DNA of 25,465 nucleotides, taken from the sequence record DRR723986_833; one strand, written 5' to 3'. This document shows, in pieces, positions 1 to 8,568 of this stretch (positions within the stretch are counted from its first letter, which is position 1; each line of letters begins with the position of its first letter). The notes under the pieces were generated by a model. The model saw only the letters and a program-made list of their open reading frames with translations. It was not told where the DNA came from and did not search any database. The translations under genes and the position numbers were made by a program.

Positions 1-243
1 GAGCGTATCGTGGACGGCGAGCGCATTGAGGAGCGGTATATCGATGGAGACTTGCGTGGTACCGGGGTATGGTGTTTCGAGCAGCACGGGCAGGAAACAT
101 TGGCCAGTTATCACTGCCGGGTGGAGGCCCTGAGCTGGTTCGCTCGACTCGGCTTTGTTCTTCAGGGCAGTCGCGCCCACAGCGAGGTGTACCAGCAATA
201 CCTAGCGGCCTTAAAGCAGCAGTGCGAGGCCGCTGGCGTTTAA
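1..243 (+). CDS. C-terminal fragment of a probable SRPBCC/polyketide cyclase-like protein (5' end outside window)
   Basis: Frame is open from base 1. 'YIDGDLRGTGVWCF...TLASY' followed by a C-terminal helix ending 'LAALKQQCE' resembles the Bet v1/SRPBCC C-terminus. Confidence 0.5.
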   Translation, partial: ERIVDGERIEERYIDGDLRGTGVWCFEQHGQETLASYHCRVEALSWFARLGFVLQGSRAHSEVYQQYLAALKQQCEAAGV

Positions 244-261
244 CGTATCAAGGAAGAAGTC

Positions 262-1140
262 ATGTCTAAAATCGATCAAGCCCCGCAACATGCCGCGTTA
301 CCCGGCGGTGGTATTCAGTATTACGACGCGGGCAATGGTCCCTGTGTGATGCTGATCCACGGTTCTGGCCCAGGGGTGAATGCCTGGGCGAATTATCGCG
401 ATAATTTGCCGATATTTGCCGAGCATTTTCGCTGCATCATGCCTGACTTGCCCGGCTACGGCGGCAGCGATGCGCGAGACGGAGACCCGGTACAAAGCTG
501 CGTGGCCGCCTGTGTTGAGCTGCTCGATACCCTGGACGTTTCCCGCGTACATATTATTGGTAACTCCTTGGGTGGCATCGTCGGTTCGTATATTGCGGCG
601 CAGTATCCCGAGCGGGTCGCCAGCTTTATGACTATCGGCGGAATTGGCTTGAATCTGTTCAGCGCTTTTCCTGGGGAGGGGCTGAACTTGCTAACGGCCT
701 TTACCGAGCAACCCAGCCGCGAAAATTTACGACGTTGGTTGGCGTCCATGGTTTACGATCAGTCAATTATTACTGACGAACTGCTCGAGGCGCGATACGC
801 GGCGGCAACCGAGCCCGTCACCCTGGCGACCACTCGGGCGCTGTATTCTCGGTCGGCGATCGCTGCAATTGCCGATTATCGGCGGGGAGAAAACGCCGCG
901 CAGGTGGTCGCGCATTTGCCCAGCATTCAGGCGCCGACGCTAATTACCTGGGGGCGGGATGACCGCGTGAGTCCGCTGGATATCAGCCTGTTGCCCATGC
1001 GGATGATCCCCAATGCCGAGTTGCATGTTTTCCCCAACTGCGGTCACTGGGCGATGATTGAGTGCAAAGCGCGCTTTGAGTCTTTGGCCATCGACTTTAT
1101 TAACGACGCGGAGCGCCGTTATGCGCAGGTGCAGCCATGA
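262..1140 (+). CDS. Alpha/beta hydrolase, meta-cleavage product (C-C) hydrolase family (BphD/MhpC/HsaD-like)
   Basis: HGSGPG oxyanion motif, GNSLGG nucleophile elbow, WGRDDRV (Asp) and CGHWAMIE (His); AAGGA RBS upstream. Confidence 0.88.
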   Translation: MSKIDQAPQHAALPGGGIQYYDAGNGPCVMLIHGSGPGVNAWANYRDNLPIFAEHFRCIMPDLPGYGGSDARDGDPVQSCVAACVELLDTLDVSRVHIIGNSLGGIVGSYIAAQYPERVASFMTIGGIGLNLFSAFPGEGLNLLTAFTEQPSRENLRRWLASMVYDQSIITDELLEARYAAATEPVTLATTRALYSRSAIAAIADYRRGENAAQVVAHLPSIQAPTLITWGRDDRVSPLDISLLPMRMIPNAELHVFPNCGHWAMIECKARFESLAIDFINDAERRYAQVQP

Positions 1141-1748
1141 GCGTCGCAGCGATGCTGGGCTTGGCGCTGGCAATGATGGCGCTGGCAGCGCTACCAAGCA
1201 GTAGTGTGTTGCTAGTAGTCGCCTGCAGTTTGCGCGGTGGTCGGCGCCACGGTCTTGCCGCAGCGCTGGGTATTGTTATTGGCGACCTGCTGTTTGTCGG
1301 CCTCGCGATTGGCGGTGTTGCCGCGCTGGCTCAGGCTATGGGCGCGGTGTTTATCGTGGTTAAGGTGGCCGCAGCGCTGCTTCTGCTGAGCGTGGGCTTA
1401 CGCTTGTTGCTATCATCCCGCGCCGGTCACTCTCAGGCCTTACCGGCGGCGCCCGGCTCGCTTTGCACTAGCGCTATCGCGGGCTTGGTGGTGACACTTG
1501 CAGATGTGAAAGCGGTGGTTTTCTACGCCAGTTTATTGCCGCTATTTGTCGACATGCAAAGCGTGTTGCCGGGAGATGTCCTGGCAATTGCGGCAATCAC
1601 GGTGGCGGCCGTTGGTGGCGTGAAATTGTTATATGTGTTGCTTGCTCAGCGACTGGTGCAAGGATTGCCGGTGATCGCCAAGCGGGGTGAAGCGGTGGCG
1701 GGAGTTGGGCTGATCGCTGCGTCTGGGGTATTGCTGTTGAAGGATTAG
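1137..1748 (+). CDS. LysE/RhtB family translocator
   Basis: Hydrophobic 203 aa protein; 'LP-SSS' (cf. PGP), 'G-RRHGLAAALGIVIGD' and 'D-VKAVVFYASLLPLFV' (cf. NPKaxxFf); ATGA overlap with the hydrolase stop. Confidence 0.85.
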   Translation: MSVAAMLGLALAMMALAALPSSSVLLVVACSLRGGRRHGLAAALGIVIGDLLFVGLAIGGVAALAQAMGAVFIVVKVAAALLLLSVGLRLLLSSRAGHSQALPAAPGSLCTSAIAGLVVTLADVKAVVFYASLLPLFVDMQSVLPGDVLAIAAITVAAVGGVKLLYVLLAQRLVQGLPVIAKRGEAVAGVGLIAASGVLLLKD

Positions 1749-1757
1749 TTGTCGCCG

Positions 1758-2465
1758 CTACAGAAACAGGCGACCAATAATGCTGGGTACGGCGGTCTCA
1801 ACTTTTAAAATGCGCGGCCCCAGGCTAAAGCCCTGCATTCCGGCGGCCAGCAGTTTTTCCACCTCATAAGGAATAAACCCGCCTTCCGGGCCGATGGCGA
1901 GTAGGCGCGGCTGGTTACTTGCCGCCGGCACACCATGGCTGTGGTAGGGGTGGGCCAATAGGCCTTGCCGATGTTGCAGCAGTGCTGGCAATACATCTTC
2001 CACGAAGGGCTTAAAGCGGGTGGCGCGTTCAATGCTGGGCAATTGCGTATCGCCACACTGCTCCAAGCCCTCCAGCATGGCCGCGTGGAGGTGAGCGTTG
2101 TCGACTAACGGGCTTTGCCAGTAGCTTTTGTCCACCCGGTAACTGTTCAACAAAATAATTTTTTCCACACCCAGTTCGGTTGCCGAGCGAATAATGCGCC
2201 GCGCCGCTTTTGGGCGAGGCAGGGCCAGCAACAAGGTCAAAGGGAGTTTTGCCGGAGCGGGCGTATTCAGGTTAACGCGCAGTTCTATGGTGCTGCCAAG
2301 CCCGGTGATTTCCGCACTGCCAAGCTGGCCGTTAAGCACGCCGCAGCGCAGCTGCTGGCCAAGTTCAGCGCGAAGTACCTTGCGGATGTGCTGGGCGCGC
2401 GCATCGCTGATTTGCACGGTATCGGCGCCAGTGAAATCCGATGGCTGCAGCAGCAGCAAATTCAT
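1758..2465 (-). CDS. rsmE: RsmE-family SPOUT RNA methyltransferase
   Basis: [24 protein letters not shown] and [12 protein letters not shown] motifs. Start moved to ATG 2465 (MNLLLL), which overlaps the rimO stop as ATGA. Confidence 0.85.
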   Translation of the reverse strand: MNLLLLQPSDFTGADTVQISDARAQHIRKVLRAELGQQLRCGVLNGQLGSAEITGLGSTIELRVNLNTPAPAKLPLTLLLALPRPKAARRIIRSATELGVEKIILLNSYRVDKSYWQSPLVDNAHLHAAMLEGLEQCGDTQLPSIERATRFKPFVEDVLPALLQHRQGLLAHPYHSHGVPAASNQPRLLAIGPEGGFIPYEVEKLLAAGMQGFSLGPRILKVETAVPSIIGRLFL

Positions 2466-3823
2466 TGGGCGGGCTCGGCCCACAGGTCGTAGTCGTCAGC
2501 GCCTACGACATTGACTAATAGCGCATCGCCTGGGCGAAGGCCGGTAACGCCATCGAGGTAGACTTTGCCATCAATCTCGGGGGCATCCGCATAGCAGCGT
2601 CCAATCGCGCCTTCTTCGTCGACGACATCGATCAACACTTCCAGCTGCTGGCCGATGCGCTGCTGCAGCTTTTCTGCGGAAATGCGTTGCTGCACTTCCA
2701 TGAAGCGCTCCCAGCGCTGTTGTTTCACGTCTTCGGGCACGGGGTCTGGCAGGTCGTTGGCGCTGGCCCCATCGACGGGTGAATACTGGAAGCAGCCGAC
2801 GCGGTCCAGTTGAGCTTCTTCCAGCCAGTCGAGCAGCAACTGGAAGTCTTCTTCGGTTTCGCCCGGAAAGCCGACAATAAACGTTGAGCGTATTACCAGG
2901 TCGGGACAGATTTCTCGCCAGGCTTTGATGCGCTCTAGCGTTTTTTCCTGGTTGCCGGGGCGCTTCATCAGCTTGAGTACACGCGGGCTGGCATGCTGAA
3001 ACGGAATATCCAGGTAGGGAAGGATCTTGCCCTCAGCCATGAGGGGTATCATTTTGTCTACGTGGGGGTAGGGATAGACATAGTGCATGCGTACCCACAC
3101 GCCGAGCTCGCCCAGTGCAACGGCGAGGTCTTGCATGCGGGTTTCCAGAGCGCGGCCATCGACAAAGTCCAGTTTGTATTTGGTGTCCACGCCGTAGGCG
3201 CTGGTGTCTTGCGAAATGACCAATAGTTCGCGGCTGCCGGCGGCGACCAGCTGCTTGGCCTCATCGACCACCTCAGCCAACGGGCGGCTGACGAGGTCGC
3301 CGCGCATCGCCGGAATAATGCAAAAGCTGCAGCGGTGGTTGCAGCCTTCGGAAATTTTTAAATACGCATAGTGCCGGGGCGTGAGTTTCACACCCTGCGG
3401 CGGTACCAAGTCGCGGTGAGGCTGGTAGCTGTCGTCCTGGGGAACATACTGATGAACCGCGCCCACAACGGCGTCAACGGCGGCCGGGCCGCTTACGTCG
3501 AGGACTTCTGGGTAGGCATTTTTAATGGCTTCGGCGTCGCTGCCTTTGCCCATGCAGCCAGTAACAATGACCTTGCCGTTTTCATTGATCGCCTCGCCAA
3601 TCGCGTCCAGCGACTCCTGCTTTGCGCTGTCGATAAAGCCACAGGTATTCACGACCACAACATCGGCATCGTTGTAGCTGGGAACGACCTCGTAGCCGTC
3701 TAAGCGTAGCTGGGTGAGTATGCGCTCGGAATCGACAAGCGCTTTCGGGCAGCCCAAACTAACAAATCCCACTTTTTGGGTTTTGTCAGCGTTTTTCTGC
3801 GGTGTGTTGTCGGGTGTGGCCAT
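2462..3823 (-). CDS. rimO: Ribosomal protein S12 methylthiotransferase RimO
   Basis: [18 protein letters not shown], radical-SAM CNHRCSFC, C-terminal TRAM domain with DAPEIDG. Confidence 0.97.
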   Translation of the reverse strand: MATPDNTPQKNADKTQKVGFVSLGCPKALVDSERILTQLRLDGYEVVPSYNDADVVVVNTCGFIDSAKQESLDAIGEAINENGKVIVTGCMGKGSDAEAIKNAYPEVLDVSGPAAVDAVVGAVHQYVPQDDSYQPHRDLVPPQGVKLTPRHYAYLKISEGCNHRCSFCIIPAMRGDLVSRPLAEVVDEAKQLVAAGSRELLVISQDTSAYGVDTKYKLDFVDGRALETRMQDLAVALGELGVWVRMHYVYPYPHVDKMIPLMAEGKILPYLDIPFQHASPRVLKLMKRPGNQEKTLERIKAWREICPDLVIRSTFIVGFPGETEEDFQLLLDWLEEAQLDRVGCFQYSPVDGASANDLPDPVPEDVKQQRWERFMEVQQRISAEKLQQRIGQQLEVLIDVVDEEGAIGRCYADAPEIDGKVYLDGVTGLRPGDALLVNVVGADDYDLWAEPAQ

Positions 3824-3993
3824 GGCTACCTCGCTATATAGACGGCGCGCATTTTACCTCAATTGCTGCCAGACTGCTCAATCAGAGAGGTGGGGGCGGC
3901 GAACGGTTCGGTTTGGCTTGCGCTGCAGCGATCGAGAGCGCTTCGCCGATTTGGTGCACCGCCTGATGGCGTTGAATAAAGGAGCGGGTCACT

Positions 3994-4680
3994 ATGTCAA
4001 AAATACTGGGCTTTGATGTCTACGGCACGCTGGTCAATACGGCGGCGATAGAGACCCCGCTCCGTGAGCTTATGGGTGATCTCGCAGGGGTATTCGCTGC
4101 GCGCTGGCGGGAGAAACAATTGGAGTACAGCTTTCGGCGCGGACTTATGCAGCACTATGCCGATTTTTCTGTGTGTACGCGCCAGGCCCTGGATTATTGT
4201 TGTGAGGCCATGGCGCAGCCCCTTTCCCGTGAGCAGCGCAGCGCGTTGATTGCCGCCTACGCCGAGCTGCCAATTTTTGCCGATGTGCTCGACGCGCTGG
4301 CGCAGCTGGCCGGCGAGGGCCATCGACTTTTTGCCTTCTCCAATGGGGCTAAAGCACATGTTCAGGCTAGCCTGGCGAAGGCAGAAATTAGCGATTGGTT
4401 TGAGGGGGTGGTGAGTGCGGAAGAGGTGCGCGTGTTTAAGCCTAGCCCAGCCGTGTATGCGCATTTTCTGCGGTCAACGGGTGGCCTTGTCGGGCACAGT
4501 TGGTTGGTGTCGTCTAACCCCTTTGATGTGATTGGCGCGCGCAGTGCAGGTATGCAAGCGGCATGGGTAAAGCGCGACGCCAATGCAGTGTACGACCCCT
4601 GGGATATCGCACCGAGCGTGTGCGTGAAAAGCCTGGCAGAATTGCCTGCCCAATTAGCAGAGAGGGATGTGAGTGAATAG
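3994..4680 (+). CDS. L-2-haloacid dehalogenase (HAD superfamily, type II)
   Basis: FDVYGTL, WREKQLEYS, FSNG, FKPSPAVY and VSSNPFDVIGA motifs; AAGGAG RBS. Confidence 0.9.
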   Translation: MSKILGFDVYGTLVNTAAIETPLRELMGDLAGVFAARWREKQLEYSFRRGLMQHYADFSVCTRQALDYCCEAMAQPLSREQRSALIAAYAELPIFADVLDALAQLAGEGHRLFAFSNGAKAHVQASLAKAEISDWFEGVVSAEEVRVFKPSPAVYAHFLRSTGGLVGHSWLVSSNPFDVIGARSAGMQAAWVKRDANAVYDPWDIAPSVCVKSLAELPAQLAERDVSE

Positions 4681-5410
4681 AGTTTTCGTATTCGTTGCCG
4701 TATGGCTGTGGGCGCTGCCCACGTGGGCAGCAGAGGCGGCGTGGCAACAGGCTTATATCGAGCAAAATATCCGCTTTATTGCCGGGCATACCGGGGCGCC
4801 AGCTGGTTTTAAGGCGGGGTTGAGTAACGCCGCGTCGCAGCAGCGTTTTGGCAGCGATAGAACGGTTTATGGCAGTTTGAGCGCGGCGGGCCAGCGGGCC
4901 TCGGGTGAGCGTGTCGCGCTGGCGGATTTTTCCCGCGGTATGGTTGAGCTGGAGTTGGCCTTTCAGTTAAACCAAACGGTGGAAGCGCCCATTGCCAGCG
5001 TGGCAGAGCTGCAGTCGATCGTTCGCCGCGTGGCCATTGCACTCGAGTTGCCCGACTTGGCGTTATTGCCGGCTAGCCCCACCGCCAAAGAGATTGTTCG
5101 CGCCAATGTCGCCGGTAAATATTTTGTTATTGGCAATGGCGTGTCTCCGCAGGGCCTCGACCTGGATGCCCTGCCGTTGCGACTGTTTCGCGATGCGTCA
5201 ATGATCGCACAGTCCTATGGCGGCGGCGTGAGTGGCGGTCAGTGGCAGGCCTTGTTAGCGCTGGTCAACCAACGTGTTGCCATGGGGTGGCGCATCACGC
5301 CTCAGCAGTGGTTGCTGACTGGCGCGCTGGGCGGCATGAATGCGCTGGAGCCCGGCTACTATCATGCCGAGTCTGTCGCGCTTGGCGGCGTCGCAATAAC
5401 GGTGTACTGA
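4673..5410 (+). CDS. 2-keto-4-pentenoate hydratase (MhpD)/FAH-superfamily protein with a predicted Sec signal peptide
   Basis: GFKAGLS, VELELAF (ExE), ALELPD and LLTGALG motifs; N-terminus MNRVFVFVAVWLWALPTWA-AEA; overlaps the HAD stop. Confidence 0.7.
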   Translation: MNRVFVFVAVWLWALPTWAAEAAWQQAYIEQNIRFIAGHTGAPAGFKAGLSNAASQQRFGSDRTVYGSLSAAGQRASGERVALADFSRGMVELELAFQLNQTVEAPIASVAELQSIVRRVAIALELPDLALLPASPTAKEIVRANVAGKYFVIGNGVSPQGLDLDALPLRLFRDASMIAQSYGGGVSGGQWQALLALVNQRVAMGWRITPQQWLLTGALGGMNALEPGYYHAESVALGGVAITVY

Positions 5411-5415
5411 GCAGC

Positions 5416-5922
5416 CTACATTGCCAGCGTGTCGGGGCGGCTGTGTTGCTGAACGCGCAGTCCCAGGCGTTTTAATGCCGCCAGCAATTCAACGCTGTCT
5501 TCGCGATTTAAAAATGCCCCGACGCGGACCGTTTTTGCGCGGCAGCACAAGCTGATTTCCAGGGGTGCCCAGGGGTGTTGGTGCTCCAGCACCAATATGC
5601 CACTGTGTTGCTGTGGCCACTGCCATTGTTGCTCTGCGCAAAAATAACCGCTTTCAATACGCAGCTGCTGTTCGTTTATGTGAATCACTTGTTGAATCTG
5701 CAGTTTGCCAAAGACGCGCCGCAGTAATACCCAGAGCAAAAATAATTCCAGCCCCATAAAGGGCAAGATCATCCATGCGCCAATAGCCAGAAACCCTGAG
5801 GCAAATACCAGATTGAGTCCCGCGATGGCCGCTAAGATGCGCCGGTTACTCTGCCAGCTGGCGGAACGGTTCGGGCGCAGCACAATTTGGCTGCCATCTC
5901 GGTTTGTTTGCGTTTCAACCAC
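5416..5922 (-). CDS. DUF2244 family integral membrane protein
   Basis: LRPNRS, two TM segments with GAWMILPFMGLE, and VGAFLNRED; GTG at 5922 lies 7 nt after GAGGA. Confidence 0.8.
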   Translation of the reverse strand: MVETQTNRDGSQIVLRPNRSASWQSNRRILAAIAGLNLVFASGFLAIGAWMILPFMGLELFLLWVLLRRVFGKLQIQQVIHINEQQLRIESGYFCAEQQWQWPQQHSGILVLEHQHPWAPLEISLCCRAKTVRVGAFLNREDSVELLAALKRLGLRVQQHSRPDTLAM

Positions 5923-6014
5923 CAGCCTATCCTCGTGCACTGGCTATAGTTTAGTGCAGGAAAAACCCCGCCGGTAACTATACGTCTCCAGCAACAGTGA
6001 AAGATGTTTTTCCG

Positions 6015-6683
6015 TTAAATGGCAAAGGGTGGCGGGCAGGTAAATTGTATCGCCTTACCTGTGCTGGGGTGGTGCAAATTGAGTGCGCTGGCGTGGAGTA
6101 ACAGCCGGGCCGATGCCTGCCTGGCTTGTTCATGGGCGTAGAACTCGCAGCCGAGGATGGGGTGGCCAATACTGGCGCAATGCACACGCAATTGGTGGGA
6201 GCGACCGGTAATGGGGCTGAGCAGCAGGGTGCTATGGCTGTCGCTGCTGCGCAGGCATTCGTAGAGGGTTTGTGCAGACTTGCCGTGCTCAAAGTTAATA
6301 TGTTGGCGAGGGCGACGCGGCCAGTCGCAGGCCAGCGGCAGATCGATTATGCCTTGGGCAGGGGCAACGCAGTCGCTGACGACGGCGTGATATTGCTTAC
6401 TGATCTGGCGTCGCTCGAATTGCTGGCTCAGGCGGCGGTGGCTGTCTTTATTCCGCGCAATCAACATCAGGCCAGAGGTGGCCATATCGAGTCTGTGCAC
6501 AATTAATGCATCGGCATATTGCTGCTGAATACGGCTTATCAGGCTATCGCGATTGGCCGGGTGACGGCCGGGCACTGACAATAAGCCAGCCGGTTTACTG
6601 ACGGCCAGCAGGTCGTCGTCTTCATAGAGAATCCGGTAGGACTCATTGCAGGCGGGCACGATAAATTCAGTGGCTTGTGACAC
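6015..6683 (-). CDS. rluA: RluA-family pseudouridine synthase
   Basis: KPAGLLSVPG, catalytic VHRLDMATSGL, PITGRSHQLRVH, GHPILG and LLLHA; short form without an S4 domain. Confidence 0.9.
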   Translation of the reverse strand: MSQATEFIVPACNESYRILYEDDDLLAVSKPAGLLSVPGRHPANRDSLISRIQQQYADALIVHRLDMATSGLMLIARNKDSHRRLSQQFERRQISKQYHAVVSDCVAPAQGIIDLPLACDWPRRPRQHINFEHGKSAQTLYECLRSSDSHSTLLLSPITGRSHQLRVHCASIGHPILGCEFYAHEQARQASARLLLHASALNLHHPSTGKAIQFTCPPPFAI

Positions 6684-6877
6684 GGTAGGCTCTCGACAGT
6701 GGCTGGCTAAATTATGCGTGATCAGTGTGCGCGAGGCGAGTGCTCAACCGGCATCAGTTTCGCTGGATTGGACGCCGACGTAGCGGCCGCTAGTCCGTAT
6801 ACTATCGCCGCCGAGAGCAGACTGGCGCTTGACTGCTTACCGTTGCCCTTATCGCGCCGGCCTTAAAAACAGGACAA

Positions 6878-7534
6878 ATGATGAAAATACCGTCACTGCA
6901 AGCGCGTCTGCGCGAGTACCTCCCGCATGGGCAGTTATCCCGCCAGCGCCTGCCTTTAGCGCCCGAGCTGGAGTTGTGGTTGCTCGATGAAGCCTACCCC
7001 CAGCACCTGCTCGACAGTGAGCAAATTCAGCGCATTATGAACTACCCGGCCTATTGGTGTTTTTGCTGGGCGAGTGGCCAGGTTATGGCGCGCTATATTA
7101 TTGACCACCCTGAGTTGGTGCGCGGCAAGCGGGTGCTGGACTTCGGTTGTGGTTCTGCGGTGGCAGCGATCGCGGCGGCCAAGGCCGGGGCGTCATCGGT
7201 GATCGCCTGTGACCTGGATAGCGATGCATTGGCCATCAGTAAACTCAATGCCGAGACCAATGCCGTGAACCTCGCCTACAGCGCAGATTTCTTTGCTGAC
7301 AGTGAATCTTACGATGTGATTTTGGTTGCCGACGTGCTCTACGATCGCGCCAATTTGCCGCTGTTAGGCGAGTTTCTGACGCGTGCCAACACGGTGTTGG
7401 TGGCGGATTCACGGGTGAAGGACTTTTCCTTTCCCGGCTATCGCCACCTGCAATTTCAGCGCGCGACCACAATTCCGGATCTGGCAGAGTCCGAGGAGTT
7501 TTCCCGCGTGAATGTGTACTTGGGAGAGCGTTAG
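6878..7534 (+). CDS. Class I SAM-dependent protein methyltransferase (METTL20/ETFbeta-KMT-like)
   Basis: PAYWCFCWASGQVMARY, VLDFGCGS (motif I) and ILVADVLYD (motif II/post-II). Confidence 0.8.
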   Translation: MMKIPSLQARLREYLPHGQLSRQRLPLAPELELWLLDEAYPQHLLDSEQIQRIMNYPAYWCFCWASGQVMARYIIDHPELVRGKRVLDFGCGSAVAAIAAAKAGASSVIACDLDSDALAISKLNAETNAVNLAYSADFFADSESYDVILVADVLYDRANLPLLGEFLTRANTVLVADSRVKDFSFPGYRHLQFQRATTIPDLAESEEFSRVNVYLGER

Positions 7535-8433
7535 GCGGGCCCGTGTAGCGCATCGAGAAAGGCGCTTGCCAGCGGGCTGAGGCGCTTGCCGCGTTGATAG
7601 GCGCTGCACCAGGAGCGCTTGATGGGAAAACCCTCCACCTGTAATGCAACCAGGCTACCGTCGCTAATTCCTTGTTCGGCCACGCTGGCTGGCAGCACGG
7701 CGCAATCCTCGGAGTCGACAAGAGCATGGCGTATTGCCTGGTTGCTGCCCAGCACGCGGGTGCGGCGAATCACGCAGCTTTGCTGCTGGCAGTAGTCCTC
7801 AAGTACTTGCCTGCTGCCCGAGCCGGGTTCGCGCAGTAGCAGGCGGTTTTCCAGAAATTCATGCAGGCTGAGCGCCCCGGCACCGGCCAGGGGGTGATGT
7901 TTGGCAGCCACTGCCAGCAGCTGATGTTCGGCGAAGGGAGTGTACTGCAAGCCCTGGTCGCTGGGGACGCGAGTCATTATCGCGAGGTCATGCATATTGT
8001 CGTGCAGGCGTTTTATCAGGTGCTGGTGGTTGTCGACATGCAGGCTCACCTCCGCATCTGGGTGCTGCTGGCAGAATCGGTTGATGTAAGCGGGAATCAG
8101 GGCCTCGGCGCTCGACTCAATAATAATATTCAAGCTGCCCTGCAACTTGCCGTGTAGCTCGGTAAGTTCTATCTCTAAATTTACCAGCCGCTGCTGCAGG
8201 TCGCGGGCCGCCCGCTGTAACAGCTTGCCTGCCGGTGTCAGATAGAGTCGGCGGCCAACGTAGTCGAACAGCGGCTGGCGGATTAATTCCTCCAGGCTGC
8301 GTATTTGCGCGCTGACGGCGGGTTGCGTGAGCGACAGCTCTTCGGCGGCGCGCGAGTAGCTCATGTGCTGGCAAACTGCCAGAAAAACATCAACTTGGCG
8401 CAGAGTAAGCCGTTGTAAGTAGCTGGTTTGCAT
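7531..8433 (-). CDS. pycR: LysR-family (CbbR-like) regulator divergent from pycAB, PycR-like
   Basis: HTH 'TLRQ...SYSRAAEELSLTQPAVSAQIRSLEE' and REPGSGSR; ATG 8433 follows AGGAG; arrangement matches the known pycR-pycAB layout. Confidence 0.8.
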   Translation of the reverse strand: MQTSYLQRLTLRQVDVFLAVCQHMSYSRAAEELSLTQPAVSAQIRSLEELIRQPLFDYVGRRLYLTPAGKLLQRAARDLQQRLVNLEIELTELHGKLQGSLNIIIESSAEALIPAYINRFCQQHPDAEVSLHVDNHQHLIKRLHDNMHDLAIMTRVPSDQGLQYTPFAEHQLLAVAAKHHPLAGAGALSLHEFLENRLLLREPGSGSRQVLEDYCQQQSCVIRRTRVLGSNQAIRHALVDSEDCAVLPASVAEQGISDGSLVALQVEGFPIKRSWCSAYQRGKRLSPLASAFLDALHGPA

Positions 8434-8461
8434 CCCCGTCTCCTGCAAAATGTACTCGTTT

Positions 8462-8507
8462 TATAAGTTATTGCTTATATATAGGCAAATAAATATTAAT
8501 TTCTTAT
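8462..8507. promoter_or_regulatory. Probable PycR (LysR) operator in the AT-rich divergent promoter
   Basis: Palindrome TATAAG-N6-CTTATA at 8462-8479 and a further CTTAT half-site at 8503-8507, between pycR and pycA. Confidence 0.6.
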
Positions 8508-8568
8508 GAGGAATATTTTCCGCTAGGGTGGATCGCATATTTGATACCGGCTTAGGAAACCAGTCGCT

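Noticed and set aside
3882-3896. TCAGAGAGGTGGGGG is complementary (13/15 plus one G-U) to the candidate sRNA loop at 11918-11932
   Set aside because: It is low-complexity, ~100 nt upstream of the HAD start, may not be transcribed and is on the wrong strand for rimO; plausible by chance.
6781-6792. Perfect palindrome TAGCGGCCGCTA between rluA and the methyltransferase
   Set aside because: A single GC-rich 12-mer with no second copy or assignable regulator.
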